This document shows positions 40,242 to 51,823 of a stretch of DNA of 64,000 nucleotides, piece after piece. The notes under the pieces were generated by a model. It ran no database searches, was not told where the DNA came from, and saw nothing but the letters and a program-made list of their open reading frames with translations. Each line of letters starts with the position of its first letter. Position 1 is the stretch's first letter. The position numbers and the translations under genes were made by a program. The stretch is from an uncultured Methanoregulaceae archaeon. GTDB taxonomy: Archaea > Halobacteriota > Methanomicrobia > Methanomicrobiales > Methanospirillaceae. The stretch is from positions 1,216,001-1,280,000 of the forward strand of contig OY969564.1 of NCBI GenBank assembly GCA_963701095.1. The letters run 5' to 3'.

Positions 40242-41120
40242 ATGTTCATCGGGATTGACCACGGCACAACCGGCATTCGCTTCGCATCAGAAAAGAACAG
40301 GTTCAAACTGACGCGCGAGGAAGCGACCGGATTTTCGTTAGAAGCGCTCGAAAGGCTCTGTCCAGCCGATGAGATCCAAGGGATCGCCATTTCCTATTCT
40401 ATGGGGGATAACTTCTCAAAGATCACCCGGATTGAAAAGGTAAAAAACCGGGGGATTGTCAGCCGTGAAGGGGCAGGCAAACACATTGGGGGGGGCACGA
40501 AAGTTTTTGATGAAATTAAAAAAAGCGGTATACCCGCTATAGTCATACCCGGTCTGCACCGGGGGTCACCTACCGATTCCCGGTTTAAAGCCTACTCCCA
40601 CCAATCCAGCCCCGAGAAGATCGGGATTGCGTATGAGGTCTGTCATGATCTGGGTGATGATGTCGTAGTTTCCGATACCAGTTCCAATACCGTGACTCTT
40701 CTTATCTCGGCGGGAAGACTGGTCGGGGCTTTTGATGCCTGCATTTTTGCCCCTGGCTCCTTGCACGGCGCACTTGACGTCGATGCTATCCGCCGCATTG
40801 ATGCAGGAAAGGGTACTGCAAATGAGGCATTCCAGCAGGCCGGGGTCAATTACACGGTTCCGGACGAAAACAATCTCCGCATAAGAACCGTTGCCATGTT
40901 TTCGGCGATGGAATGCGCCGCACTCCTCCTTTTAAACCCACGTGCGAAAATTGGCCTTGCCGGTTCACTTGCGCCACTTATCGCACCTGAAGTAGAATCA
41001 CTACTTGGCACCGATGTCACTGTGTATGATGAATGGTGCGCATCCTCCGGCCTCTCAAGACTTGCCCACGACGTCTTTTCCGGGGCCGAGGATATCCTCG
41101 GTCTTGCTGTGGATATCTGA
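40242..41120 (+). CDS. Methanogenesis marker protein 12 (ASKHA fold)
   Basis: MFIGIDHGTTGIRF, YSMGD, GAG..IGGG, SH..SPEK and SSNTV. Confidence 0.85.
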   Translation: MFIGIDHGTTGIRFASEKNRFKLTREEATGFSLEALERLCPADEIQGIAISYSMGDNFSKITRIEKVKNRGIVSREGAGKHIGGGTKVFDEIKKSGIPAIVIPGLHRGSPTDSRFKAYSHQSSPEKIGIAYEVCHDLGDDVVVSDTSSNTVTLLISAGRLVGAFDACIFAPGSLHGALDVDAIRRIDAGKGTANEAFQQAGVNYTVPDENNLRIRTVAMFSAMECAALLLLNPRAKIGLAGSLAPLIAPEVESLLGTDVTVYDEWCASSGLSRLAHDVFSGAEDILGLAVDI

Positions 41121-41451
41121 ATTATGATATTGATCCAGGTGAAATTGGCTTTCTATTTTCAGAATGAAAGGAAAACCCACCTTTTTCGAAAATATCATTA
41201 CATTAAAATCCCACGGGATTCTTTTATAAAACACACAAATAATCAAGATCCGGCTTTTTTCCTTTAAATCAGATGTATGGAGATTTTTTTTCAAAAAAAT
41301 TACTTATCAGCATTATTAATAATGATAAATGATGATAGTACTCTGCAAAAATCTTGAAGCAGAGTAGGATGAACTACCGTGTGTAAAGTCACGATAATTT
41401 ACACAACTGGTTCGTTAATTTATCATGTAAAATTATTAGGGGATTTTTCCT

Positions 41452-41997
41452 TTGAGAGAACTACGTATCCACGGCAGAGGGGGCCAGGGATCGGTCACCG
41501 CTGCAGAACTGATTGCAGTTGCTGCATTTGAAGGAGGCGTTTTTTCGCAGGCTTTTCCGGCGTTCGGCGTTGAAAGGCGTGGCGCTCCGGTTCAGGCATT
41601 TGTACGGTTTGATGACCGGAAGATCCGGCTGCGGAGCCAGGTCTACGAGCCGGACTATATCATTGTCCAAGACAGCACGCTCATAAAGGACGTGAATGTT
41701 TTCTCCGGCGTGAAAAAAGGCGGAATCGTTATCGTCAATACTGAAAAAGCCCCGGATTACAAGGTGCCGGAAGGCGTAAAACTGATAACCATCGATGCAA
41801 CATCCATTGCCCTTAAGGTGATCGGCCTTCCGATAACAAATACATCGCTCATGGGGGCATTTGCCGCTGCAACCGGGGAAATCAAGTTCAATGCGCTCAC
41901 GAATGCACTCATGCACCGGTTTCCCAAAGAACTGGCTGAGAAAAATATCGAAGCTGCCCGCCAGGCGTTTGAGACGGTTAAGGGGGCGACGGCTTAA
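41452..41997 (+). CDS. porC: Pyruvate:ferredoxin oxidoreductase gamma subunit
   Basis: HGRGGQG and FGVERRGAPV. Confidence 0.9.
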   Translation: MRELRIHGRGGQGSVTAAELIAVAAFEGGVFSQAFPAFGVERRGAPVQAFVRFDDRKIRLRSQVYEPDYIIVQDSTLIKDVNVFSGVKKGGIVIVNTEKAPDYKVPEGVKLITIDATSIALKVIGLPITNTSLMGAFAAATGEIKFNALTNALMHRFPKELAEKNIEAARQAFETVKGATA

Positions 41998-42257
41998 TGG
42001 CACTTGCTGTCGGATGTCGTGCCCGTCCCGGAAAAGGACGGGATAACAAAACCGGTTCGTGGCGTGTTTTCAAGCCGGTCTTTGACCATGAAATGTGCTC
42101 CAAGTGCGGGACATGCCAGACTATCTGCCCTGAAGGATGTATAACGGTTGATGCAGAGGGGTTCTTCGATCCCGATTATGCGTACTGTAAAGGGTGTGGC
42201 ATGTGTGCAGAAGAGTGCCCTAAAAAGGCAATCACTATGATTCAGGAGGAGAAGTAG
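41997..42257 (+). CDS. porD: Pyruvate:ferredoxin oxidoreductase delta subunit (2x[4Fe-4S])
   Basis: KTGSWR and two CxxCxxCxxxCP motifs. Confidence 0.9.
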   Translation: MALAVGCRARPGKGRDNKTGSWRVFKPVFDHEMCSKCGTCQTICPEGCITVDAEGFFDPDYAYCKGCGMCAEECPKKAITMIQEEK

Positions 42258-43412
42258 ATGCTTGAAATCACCGAGGGTTCGCATGCTGTTGCAGAGGCTG
42301 TGCGGCTCTGTCGTCCGCAGGTCGTTTCTGCGTACCCGATCACCCCACAGACTCATATCGTCGAAGCGCTCGCCGATATGGTGGCTGACGGGAAACTAGA
42401 TGCCGACTATATGACGGTCGAAAGCGAATTTTCTGCTTTATCCGCCTGTCTTGGGGCAAGTGCGGCAGGATCCCGTGTATATTCAGCAACTACTTCCCAG
42501 GGACTTGCCCTGATGTTTGAGGTCTGCTTTAACGTTGCCGGTATGCGTCTTCCTATAGTCATGACGATTGCCAATCGTGCTCTTGGGGCGCCTCTTTCCA
42601 TCTGGAACGATCAGCAGGACTCGATTGCGCTGCGTGATTCCGGTTGGCTCCAGTTTTACGCAGAGGATAACCAGGAAGCAACCGATCTCCATTATATTGC
42701 CTACCGTGTGGCGGAAAATCCCGCAGTCTTACTCCCGGCGATGGTCTGCTTTGACGGGTTTATCCTCTCCCATACCTACGAACCCGTGGATATGATCTCC
42801 CAGGAAGATGCAGATAAATATCTCCCGAAGTTTGCGCCTAAGGAACGGCTTGATGCGGCCGACCCGATCAGTTTCGGGATGTACGCAACACCCGATTATT
42901 ACCTTGAGTTCAGGTACAACACAGATAAAGCGCTCAAGGATGCAAAATCCGTGATCCAAGAGGCAGGTGCAGAGTTCAAACAAATGTTTGGCCGGGATTA
43001 CAGTGCGATGGTCGAAGGATACCGGATGGATGATGCAGAGACAGTTATCGTAGCGATGGGTTCGATCTGCGGTACCATAAAGGACGCGATTGACGACCTC
43101 CGGGCCGAAGGAATGAAGGTAGGGCTTTTGAAAATACGCGTGTTCCGGCCGTTCCCGTCGGACGAAGTAGCCCAGGCACTAAAAGGCGCAAAGCGGGTTG
43201 CTGTACTTGATAAAAACATCTCCCTTGGCGCAAAAGGTGCTGTCGCGCTTGAAGTTAAAGACGCCCTCTACGGCTCCGGGATTCCGGTATATGATTATAT
43301 CATTGGTCTTGGCGGAAGAGATGTACGGAAGAAGGATATCCGGGAAGTTATCTTGCTTGCCGGGAAAGGGCAAGGCGATACGTTCATCGGCCTGCGAAAA
43401 GAGGTGATTTAG
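42258..43412 (+). CDS. porA: Pyruvate:ferredoxin oxidoreductase alpha subunit
   Basis: [17 protein letters not shown] and RVFRPFP. Confidence 0.9.
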   Translation: MLEITEGSHAVAEAVRLCRPQVVSAYPITPQTHIVEALADMVADGKLDADYMTVESEFSALSACLGASAAGSRVYSATTSQGLALMFEVCFNVAGMRLPIVMTIANRALGAPLSIWNDQQDSIALRDSGWLQFYAEDNQEATDLHYIAYRVAENPAVLLPAMVCFDGFILSHTYEPVDMISQEDADKYLPKFAPKERLDAADPISFGMYATPDYYLEFRYNTDKALKDAKSVIQEAGAEFKQMFGRDYSAMVEGYRMDDAETVIVAMGSICGTIKDAIDDLRAEGMKVGLLKIRVFRPFPSDEVAQALKGAKRVAVLDKNISLGAKGAVALEVKDALYGSGIPVYDYIIGLGGRDVRKKDIREVILLAGKGQGDTFIGLRKEVI

Positions 43413-43414
43413 TC

Positions 43415-44311
43415 ATGGTTGATAAAACCTGTGAACTTTTCGACTGCGGACACCGCGCCTGCGGGGGATGCGGGGCGGCGCTTGCAGCCCGGCTTATGCT
43501 CAAAGCTGCAGGAACAAATACGATCGTCGTCTCTTCGACCGGGTGCATGGAAGTATTTTCCACGCCGTATCCCGAGACTGCCTGGAAAGTGCCTTGGATC
43601 CATTCACTTTTCGAAAACGCCTCAGCGGTCGCTTCAGGGATCGAAGCGTCGCTCAAAAAACAGGGACGGACCGAGAAAGTTGTCGTGATGGCTGGCGATG
43701 GTGCGACTTTTGATATCGGGATGCTTTGCATCAGCGGGGCGTTCGAACGCGGCCATGATATTACCTACATCTGCTATGACAACGAAGCTTACATGAATAC
43801 CGGTATCCAGAGGTCCGGGGCTACCCCGTATGATGCGAGCACGACGACAAGCCCGGCCGGGTCGCATTCTTTTGGGAACAAACGGCCTAAAAAAGATATG
43901 CCGGAAATTCTTGCAGCCCACGGTTCTCCCTACGTGGCAACAGCATCAATTGCCTATCCAAACGACCTGATCCAGAAGATAGAGAAAGCAATCAATACCA
44001 CCGGGCCGACCTACGTGCAAATCCATGTGCCCTGTTGCACCGGCTGGGGGTTTGAAGGCGAACAGACTCTGGCAATCGCAAAACTTGCCATTGAGACAGG
44101 TCTCTGGGTAAATTATGAAATGGTGGATGGAAAAGTCACTAAAGTAAAAAAAGTTATCAGGAAACCTGTCGAGGAATATCTCAAGACACAGAAAAGATTC
44201 CGCCACTTGTTCAAGCCAAAGAGACAGGACACGGAGATTGCGGCCATCCAGGCGATAGCTGACAAAAATGCTGCAAAATACGGCACCGAAATAAAGATTA
44301 AGAGAGAATAA
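43415..44311 (+). CDS. porB: Pyruvate:ferredoxin oxidoreductase beta subunit
   Basis: [15 protein letters not shown]...DNEAYMNTG (TPP motif) and PCCTGW. Confidence 0.9.
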   Translation: MVDKTCELFDCGHRACGGCGAALAARLMLKAAGTNTIVVSSTGCMEVFSTPYPETAWKVPWIHSLFENASAVASGIEASLKKQGRTEKVVVMAGDGATFDIGMLCISGAFERGHDITYICYDNEAYMNTGIQRSGATPYDASTTTSPAGSHSFGNKRPKKDMPEILAAHGSPYVATASIAYPNDLIQKIEKAINTTGPTYVQIHVPCCTGWGFEGEQTLAIAKLAIETGLWVNYEMVDGKVTKVKKVIRKPVEEYLKTQKRFRHLFKPKRQDTEIAAIQAIADKNAAKYGTEIKIKRE

Positions 44312-44478
44312 AGTCAACCCATTTTTTGGTTTAGTTACGATTTTAGGACCCTTTTGGTCAATGCCAGTTCCGCGCGGTTGTATGGGTTCGCGTGACCATC
44401 CTTTCTGTAGGTGTGCATATTATTATAAACAAATACAGACGGTTTTAATAAGTTCCAGTCTGACATAAGTAAGTTATC

Positions 44479-44550
44479 GGGCTCGTGGTCTAGCGGTATG
44501 ACGTCGCCCTTACACGGCGGAGGTCGCCGGTTCGAATCCGGCCGGGCCCA
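44479..44550 (+). tRNA. tRNA-Val (TAC)
   Basis: Acceptor GGGCTCG/CGGGCCC-A, anticodon arm TCGCC-CTTACAC-GGCGG, T-arm GCCGG-TTCGAAT-CCGGC; no intron, CCA not encoded. Confidence 0.97.
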
Positions 44551-44615
44551 TCGGTTCTAAATTTCTACGTCTCTGGCGTAGACCTCAATATCTGCCATAA
44601 AGTGTTAAAAAAAAT

Positions 44616-45224
44616 TCAAGGGGTTGGTGTTGTGGCTGCAGCGCTTACGTTACTCCCCTTTGTTATTCCGACGACCTTTATGTCGAATGTGAGGTTCTGG
44701 CCTGCGAGGGGAGAATTCGCATCTATAGCTACCCCAGCGTTGGTCACATTGACAACAGTAACAATAGCTATGCTGCCATCTTGTGATCTCTCGTACAATT
44801 TTTCACCGGGTGTGAGTGTCTGGTTCGCCGGGAATTGGCTCAACGGGACTATCCCAACGAGGTCCGGGTTGTAGGCACCATAGGCCTGCATATACGGAAT
44901 AGATACCGTTTTTTCCTCATTTAATTTCATACCCACTACCGCAGCATCGAAACCATGGATGAGCTGACCGGATCCAACCGTAAATGTCAGTGGGGAGGAA
45001 TTTACGTTCGTATCAAAAACCGTTTTATTATCAAACATGCCGGTATACGTTACATTAATCGTATCCCCGACTGCCACAGAGAGCGGTGGATTGAATACAA
45101 ACAGATATGCAGCTACACAGATGATGATTACCGCAACAACCGCTATGATACCGATTAATTTGTACTGTTGTTTGCTTTCTGTGGCCTTTTTCTCTTTGCC
45201 TTTTTCTTTCTCGGATTTCTTCAT
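44616..45224 (-). CDS. Membrane-anchored FKBP-type peptidyl-prolyl isomerase (SlyD-like)
   Basis: YTG...FDT, GSGQLIHGF, AYG and DANSPLAGQNLTFDI; basic N-terminus then a TM helix. Confidence 0.88.
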   Translation of the reverse strand: MKKSEKEKGKEKKATESKQQYKLIGIIAVVAVIIICVAAYLFVFNPPLSVAVGDTINVTYTGMFDNKTVFDTNVNSSPLTFTVGSGQLIHGFDAAVVGMKLNEEKTVSIPYMQAYGAYNPDLVGIVPLSQFPANQTLTPGEKLYERSQDGSIAIVTVVNVTNAGVAIDANSPLAGQNLTFDIKVVGITKGSNVSAAATTPTP

Positions 45225-45336
45225 GATTCTCGCATCTAGGATTAGCCGGTAAACAATATACCATTACCTCTCAGATAAATACCTAAGAATTATCGGGGAA
45301 GCAGTACATTATTTGATATTTACGGAGAAGGTTGTC

Positions 45337-46445
45337 ATGGAGAGAAAGGACCCTATAACCATTTCAGGAGCCATTTTATCCTTGCACAAAACACTCCGGG
45401 AAGAAATCCAAAAAGAACAGGAACGGGATCGTTCCCTGTATGCTGCGGGGACATCGGGAAGGGTAACCCTCATCATCCTCGGTGCGGCGATACTCGCAAA
45501 TATCATTGTTTTCCTCAAAGATCCGTTATTTCCCCTGCTTTTTATTTCCGCCAGTTTTTTCCTGTTTATGATCTATTTTATCACGCTCCTCATTCCCCAT
45601 AACCTTCGTCACCCTTCCCTGCCACAGACAGAAATTTCCCGATACCTCACGGGACTTCGCGTTACCGGCATAACCACGAGCACAAAAAGGTTTACCGGGT
45701 CTTTCTTAATGCTTTTTTTATCAACTGCCGCCCTCTCTTTTACGGATTTGCCCTTATCTTTTCCATAGATATTGTGCTTGTAATCGCCATGGCTCGTTCG
45801 GGAGCACTCTCCCCTTATCACACCGGGATTGTCCTTTTTGAATCGTCCGCCATCATCCTATTCTATTTCCTCGTCTGGAAACTGGAGCCATACACAATAG
45901 ATTTTTTTTCCGATGTCTCCGGGATGAAAAATCACCTCCTCAAAAAAAAGGTCCCTGAGCAGGTCGTTTCTTTCCTGTTCCTGCTCGGAGCGGCACTTGC
46001 TCTTGTTGGTATTGTCACAACGATAATTCTGCTCCCGGGAATGACATTCAATGACTTCCTCTCGGTTTCAGAAGTCAAGGAGCTCGGGAATTTTTTTATT
46101 GCCGTTAGTGTGATGATTTTCACATTATATGTGATCGTAAGATATATTCACGGCATTACCAGCCGTGATCTGCTTGACCGGTTCACCAAAAACAAAACCG
46201 ATTGTCTCTACGGCCAGATCGAAATTACAGTAGACACTTCCCGGTTTTCCTGTGCTGAAGGACATACAGACGATACTGATTTTTCCGCATTACAGCAGGC
46301 AGCCGATCTATTACTCGAAACACAGATCTATCAGGTCGAGAAAAAGACCCTTCTCGGTACCTTTCCTGTCTATATCGTCAACCCAGATTTTTCCTGGGTA
46401 TTCTCCCTTCAGGCACCTCAAGACGAAGAAATTCCCAACCATTGA
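45337..46445 (+). CDS. Hypothetical polytopic membrane protein; frameshift near 45696
   Basis: ORFs 45313-45768 and 45774-46445 join through RVFLNAFFINCRPLFYGFALIFSIDIVL with one added base. Confidence 0.6.
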
Positions 46446-46543
46446 CATTTTCGATTATCTCCGGCATTTATCGCATGGTTTGTCTTAATTACCCCGATTG
46501 AACTTTATTTATAGATGGAAAACTCATCTAACACGTGGTGCCT

Positions 46544-47438
46544 ATGTCAGAAGAAATAAAAACCGCAGAGGTTGCGGGAAGGAAAGTACAAATGGGATCC
46601 TGCCCAGATGAGAAAAATTCAGGAACACCCCTGCTTTTCCGAAAAGGCATGTCATGCCTTTGGCCGCTGCCATATTCCTGTGGCGCCGAGATGCAATATC
46701 CAGTGTAATTACTGTATTAGGGATTTTGATTGTGTTAATGAAAGCAGACCCGGTGTAACTACCCGGGTTCTCAACCCCAATGAAGTTATGGAAATGGTAA
46801 AAAAGGTTACGGAAAAATACGACTATATCAAGGTCATAGGTATTGCCGGTCCCGGAGATCCTCTTGCAAACGAAGAGACTTTCGAGACGCTTCGCAGGCT
46901 TCACGAGCAATACCCGGGAGTGATCAAGTGCATCAGCACAAATGGTCTCCTTCTGCCAGACAAAATCGATCTGCTCCAGGAATATGATGTAGGAAATATT
47001 ACGGTCACGCTCAATGCGATAGACCCGGAGATTGGGGCGAAGATCTACCAGTTCATCGATTATAAGGGAAAACGGTATACAGGTATCGAGGGGGCAAAAT
47101 TGCTTCTCTCACAACAGTTGAAGGGAATTGAGATGGCGGTGGCACGGAATATGATCGTTAAAGTAAACACAGTCTATATTCCGGGCATCAATGAAGATCA
47201 CATTGTGGACATTGCAAAGAAGGTCGGCGAGATGGGGGTTTATACTTTCAACCTCATTCCGCTTATTGCCCAGTATAAGTTCGCCGATATTGCCCCACCC
47301 ACACCTGAAATGAAACGGAAGATGCAGGATGCCTGTGGAAAGTATGTCAAACAGATGCGGCACTGCCAGCGATGCCGGGCCGACGCAATAGGGAAACTCG
47401 GGCATGATGTACAATCATGCATGTACGAAAAGAAATAA
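46544..47438 (+). CDS. nifB: NifB-type radical SAM protein (short archaeal form); frameshift near 46591
   Basis: HPC, CNIQCNYC, ESRPG, AGPGD, TVTLN and CQRCRADAIG; ATG 46544 joins after removing one A. Confidence 0.85.
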
Positions 47439-47553
47439 TCCCCTTTTTTCTCTAAACGTTCACTTCGGTTTGCAATAGAAATAGAGATCTCTTCCTAAAT
47501 CCCCCACTTTTTTTCGCACTCCGTCGATATGAATCTGCGGGTTTAATACGAAT

Positions 47554-48039
47554 TTAACGAGCGATCCCAAGTGTTGGATAGATAGGTTTCGTTGCATTAG
47601 CACTCGTAATAATGTGGTTCATTTCCCCGATAATTGACTCAAGCGAAGGGGGGACATCGGTCTCCTGGGCCCTTACGGTTTTTCCCTGATAACTGATAGT
47701 ATAGGTCATAATGTTCTCCCCCTGATTCGCAGCAGGATAGTTTGTCTGGAGTTCGGAGAACTGTGATTCGTTAAGTAACACTGAAATGAGTGAAAGATCT
47801 GTGGCATTCAGCGTGATTTCGGCATTTGATGAAACTGTGGAGATCACTGAGACCCCATTGTCGAAAATGATCAGGCGATCGTTGACGTTGGAAACGCCCC
47901 CGGTCCGATGGTAGTCAACAAGTATCGAGGGAGGCGAAGTTGCGGTGGGAGTGAGCGATTTTGTTCCTAAACAGCCGGTGCACACAAGAATGAGACCAAG
48001 AACAAAAAGGGTGAAGAAGGGGATTATTTTAATACGCAT
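47554..48039 (-). CDS. Hypothetical lipoprotein
   Basis: Signal ending TGC; YHRTGG...L.I..NG pattern. Confidence 0.6.
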   Translation of the reverse strand: MRIKIIPFFTLFVLGLILVCTGCLGTKSLTPTATSPPSILVDYHRTGGVSNVNDRLIIFDNGVSVISTVSSNAEITLNATDLSLISVLLNESQFSELQTNYPAANQGENIMTYTISYQGKTVRAQETDVPPSLESIIGEMNHIITSANATKPIYPTLGIAR

Positions 48040-48065
48040 CACTCCGGAGGTGTGGTCTTTTCGGG

Positions 48066-48394
48066 TTATAACTGAAGGATATCTGTTTTTTTGGTTTTTG
48101 CCGCTGATTTGCGTTCAGGCAGCACATCTTCGAGAGCTTTTACGAGACTGTCCGTCTTTTCATTATTAAAGATCGCCTTAAAAGCTGCAGCTCGGTGGCG
48201 TTCATTATCATGATACCTTTTTTCTTCATGGGAAGCCCGTGTTCGTTCTGGGGATTGATATCAATCGCAAGCGAAGCAGGGCGGTTTTTTGTTGCAGGGA
48301 GCCGGATTATGGCAACCCCGGGAAGTGTAGTCTGTTTCCGTTCCCAATCGCCGCCTTCTTCAATGAAGGCCTTGAGCGTTTCAGTTAATTCCAT
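48066..48394 (-). CDS. Conserved hypothetical protein; frameshift near 48190
   Basis: DWER..T..PGV...RLP....P..KKG; the neighbouring frame continues AAFKAIFNNEKTDSLVKALEDVLPERKSAAKTKKTDILQL*. Confidence 0.6.
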
Positions 48395-48548
48395 GAAAGA
48401 ACTGTTAATCTATATATTAAAAGTCTATCCGTTCCTTTGTGAAAATAAAGAGAGATAATGTCCTATATAAAATAATAGAGATGAATTTTTTTTGTTTGCC
48501 AGAATCTAAAACCTTTGAAACCAGAATAGCTGAACAGAGCAGTTTATC

Positions 48549-49409
48549 ATGCCAAGGATCGTGCTTTCTCCTCAAGAACCCTTTTCACTTGACCAGACCC
48601 TCGGATGCGGACAAGTTTTCCGCTGGAACCGTTTTCCTGATGGGAGCTGGATTGGAGTCGTGGGCGACCGGGTAATCCGGTGCCGGCAGAAAGGATCAGT
48701 CCTGACATTCAACGGTGCAGACGAGACATTTATCCGGCATTATTTCTCACTGGACCTCGACCTCCCCACAATTCTGGCATCGATAGATGTGGATCCATTC
48801 ATCCAAACAGCGATTGAACAATGCAGGGGCCTTCGTCTTGTACGACAACCTGCATGGGAGTGCCTCTGCTCGTATATCTGTGCCACAAATTCCAATATTC
48901 CTATGATCAGGCGTCGAATCGCTTCCCTTGCTGAAACGTTTGGCGATGAAATTGAAAAAGGTGAAACGAAGTTATTTTCATTTCCTCATCCATCAAGGAT
49001 CACCTGCATTGATGATTCCAACGCTCTTGCTGCGTGCAAGCTCGGGTACCGGCAACCCTACATATTGAGTACTGCCCGTGATGCAGCGGCTCAAAAAGAT
49101 TGGGCCATAACCATCGCCGCGATGCCGTATGAAGCAGCACGCACACAGATAATGAAGTTTTCTGGTATCGGGCCAAAAGCAGCAGACTGTGTCCTGCTCT
49201 TTGCATTCCAGAAATATGATGCCTTCCCGGTCGATGTCTGGATCCGGCGGATGATGAGAGAAAACTACCTTACGACACTCAGCCAGGACGGTGCGCTGAG
49301 CGATCGGGAATACAACGAGATACTGATATTTGCCAGGAAACATTTCGGGAAGTATTGCGGGATCGCCCAGGAATATCTGTACGCGGCACGGGAAGGTTCA
49401 AAGACCTGA
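48549..49409 (+). CDS. ogg: 8-oxoguanine DNA glycosylase (OGG1-like, HhH-GPD)
   Basis: TLGCGQVFRW, GLRLVRQ, LGYR, GIGPKAADC and FPVDVWI. Confidence 0.9.
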   Translation: MPRIVLSPQEPFSLDQTLGCGQVFRWNRFPDGSWIGVVGDRVIRCRQKGSVLTFNGADETFIRHYFSLDLDLPTILASIDVDPFIQTAIEQCRGLRLVRQPAWECLCSYICATNSNIPMIRRRIASLAETFGDEIEKGETKLFSFPHPSRITCIDDSNALAACKLGYRQPYILSTARDAAAQKDWAITIAAMPYEAARTQIMKFSGIGPKAADCVLLFAFQKYDAFPVDVWIRRMMRENYLTTLSQDGALSDREYNEILIFARKHFGKYCGIAQEYLYAAREGSKT

Positions 49410-49421
49410 ATCATCCCATAT

Positions 49422-50401
49422 ATGTCAGAACCCGGTCTCTCCGGACACATGATATCCATGAACCTCTTTTCCTTTCCCATCCTGCGAAAACCGATCGTTG
49501 CACTTATAGGTGCAACCGTACTTTTTGGGACGGCAACACCTCTCCTGAAAATTCTTGTTGACGGGATGTCACCTCTGATCCTTATTGCGCTTTTATCCGT
49601 TGGATCAGGGGTCGGGATCCTCTGCTGGCGGATGGTGAGTGAACCCCATTATACGAGAGAAAGACTACCAGTCAGCAGAAGGCAAATGTCCCTTCTGGCA
49701 GGAACGATCGTTATAGGCGGCTTTGTGGCGCCGGTGATCCAGTGTTTTGCTCTCATCGTTACTCCAGCGGCAACAGCGGCACTGCTTTTAAACTTCGAGA
49801 TCGTGTCTACGGTCCTGCTTGCTTTCTGGGTGTTTCATGAACCGGCAGATAAAAAAATGGGATTGGCCCTTGTGCTTATTTTTGCCGGCAGCATCCTTCT
49901 TGGCTGGAATGGCGAGGGTATAATCGGTATTTCCCTTGGGGCACTCGGAATTATCCTGTCCGGATTTTTCTGGGGGGTGGACAACAACTGCATGGCGCAT
50001 ATTACCGCATATCCACCCGGGCATATCGCATTATGTAAGGTGATTTTTGGCGGAAGTATCGCTACAGTGCTTGTATTAGTCCTTGGCGAACATCTACCTG
50101 GCGTTAACCTGATCCTTCTTGCATTACTAACCGGATTCTTTTCTTTTGGCCTTGGCCTCATTTTGTTTATTGTTGCCCTTCAGGGTATGGGCGCAGCCCG
50201 GGCGGAGCTATTTACGCGGCGGCACCGTTCATCGGTTGTATAGCTTCCCTTTTTGTCTTTTCCGATCCACTCGGCAGCCAGTTCTGGTTTGCTGTCCCTC
50301 TCTTCGTCGCAGGAGCGCTGATAGTTATTCGCGAACAGTGGATATTGGATAACGGTTCCGGAATGGTGGGAGCACCAGCTTTCAACCCTGACAGGAAATA
50401 A
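49422..50401 (+). CDS. DMT/EamA family transporter; frameshift near 50203
   Basis: LFGTATP, LLLNFE and WGVDNN; continues GAIYAAAPFIG... to TAA 50401. Confidence 0.8.
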
Positions 50402-50449
50402 GTCCTTCCTAAAAAATTAACTTTCTAAAAATAGCTACCATCAGGATTT

Positions 50450-51676
50450 TCAGGTTCCAATATCCCAGCTGCACTGGTATTTCTTTTGGGCCGCACTGAG
50501 CTCATCGATGGTAAGACCAAGAGAAGCCAGTTTGAGCCGGGCAACCTGTTCGTCGATTTCCTGAGGTACCTCATACACACCGCCCTTGAGAGAATCGCCA
50601 TGTTCTGCGATGTACCGGGCACAGAGCGCCTGAAGGGCGAAACTGAGATCCATAACCTCGATGGGGTGGCCCATCCCTTTTGGTGTGGCAAGGTTCACGA
50701 GCCTTCCTTCGGCAAGCACATGAACCGGTTTTCCTTTGAGGATATAGGTCGTGATCCCGTCACGCTCAATGATCGAATCTGCCTGTTTTGCAAGCCACAC
50801 TAAGTCGATCTCGACGTTGAAGTGGCCGGCATTTGCGAGGATTGCACCCGGTTTGAGTTTCCCGAAGTGATTCTTTCCGATTACGCTGGTATTTCCCGTT
50901 GTGGTGACAAAGATGTCTCCGACTGCGGCTGCCTGATCCATCGTCATAACATGGTACCCATCCATGTGTGCTTCCAGTGCCCGGCGGGGATCAATTTCAG
51001 TGACAACAACCTTGGCGCCAAGACCATGGGCTTTACTGGCAAGACCCCGGCCGCAGTATCCATACCCTGCAACAACGAAATATTTGCCGGCTATCAGGGT
51101 GTTTGTGGTTATCATGATCGCGGAAAGTACGCTCTCCCCGGTACCATGCACGTTGTCAAAGAACCGTTTCATTGGTGTATCGTTGACCGCAACCACAGGA
51201 AATTCGAGTTTTTTCTCTGCTGCCATCGCCCGCAGCCGGTGGATACCGGTCGTCGTTTCCTCGCAGCCCCCAATTATTTTCTTAAGCAGTTCGCGGCGTT
51301 TTGTGTGCAAGTAATAGATGAGATCCATCCCGTCATCGATGGTTATTGACGGCGCGGCATCAAGAACCTGTTCGATGGCTGTGTAATATTCTTCAACCGT
51401 GCAGCCGCGTTTTGCGTAGCAATGAACATTTTTTATTTCGTTTAATGCCGCTGCCACATCATCCTGCGTGGAGAGAGGGTTGCATCCGGTTATGTAGACC
51501 TTTGCCCCGCCGGCAGCAAGCGTCTGGACGAGGTTTGCGGTCTTGGCCTCTACATGGAGTGCCATTCCTATGGTCATACCCTTAAAGGGTTTGTCTTTCT
51601 CAAATTGTTTTCTTATAGAGGCAAGCACAGGCATGTACTGCGCGGCCCAGTCAATCTTCAACTTACCGGTATTCAT
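50450..51676 (-). CDS. ahcY: Adenosylhomocysteinase
   Basis: HVEAKT, CNPLSTQD, EETTTG, GYGYCGRG, GHFNVEI, GRLVNL and GHP. Confidence 0.96.
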   Translation of the reverse strand: MNTGKLKIDWAAQYMPVLASIRKQFEKDKPFKGMTIGMALHVEAKTANLVQTLAAGGAKVYITGCNPLSTQDDVAAALNEIKNVHCYAKRGCTVEEYYTAIEQVLDAAPSITIDDGMDLIYYLHTKRRELLKKIIGGCEETTTGIHRLRAMAAEKKLEFPVVAVNDTPMKRFFDNVHGTGESVLSAIMITTNTLIAGKYFVVAGYGYCGRGLASKAHGLGAKVVVTEIDPRRALEAHMDGYHVMTMDQAAAVGDIFVTTTGNTSVIGKNHFGKLKPGAILANAGHFNVEIDLVWLAKQADSIIERDGITTYILKGKPVHVLAEGRLVNLATPKGMGHPIEVMDLSFALQALCARYIAEHGDSLKGGVYEVPQEIDEQVARLKLASLGLTIDELSAAQKKYQCSWDIGT

Positions 51677-51823
51677 GAAAACACCCGTGCAACCCGTCTG
51701 CCCGCGGGCATGGACTGCTCAATCACGTACCCAGTAAATAGGGTGATAGATGCAGATAAACTTCCCCGTGAAAACAGTCTGGCAGATAGGTAGATAGCAT
51801 TTTAGAGAGAAAACAAGAATGAA

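Noticed and set aside
44479..44620. Integrated element at tRNA-Val
   Set aside because: No integrase and no duplicated tRNA 3' end was noticed in the window.
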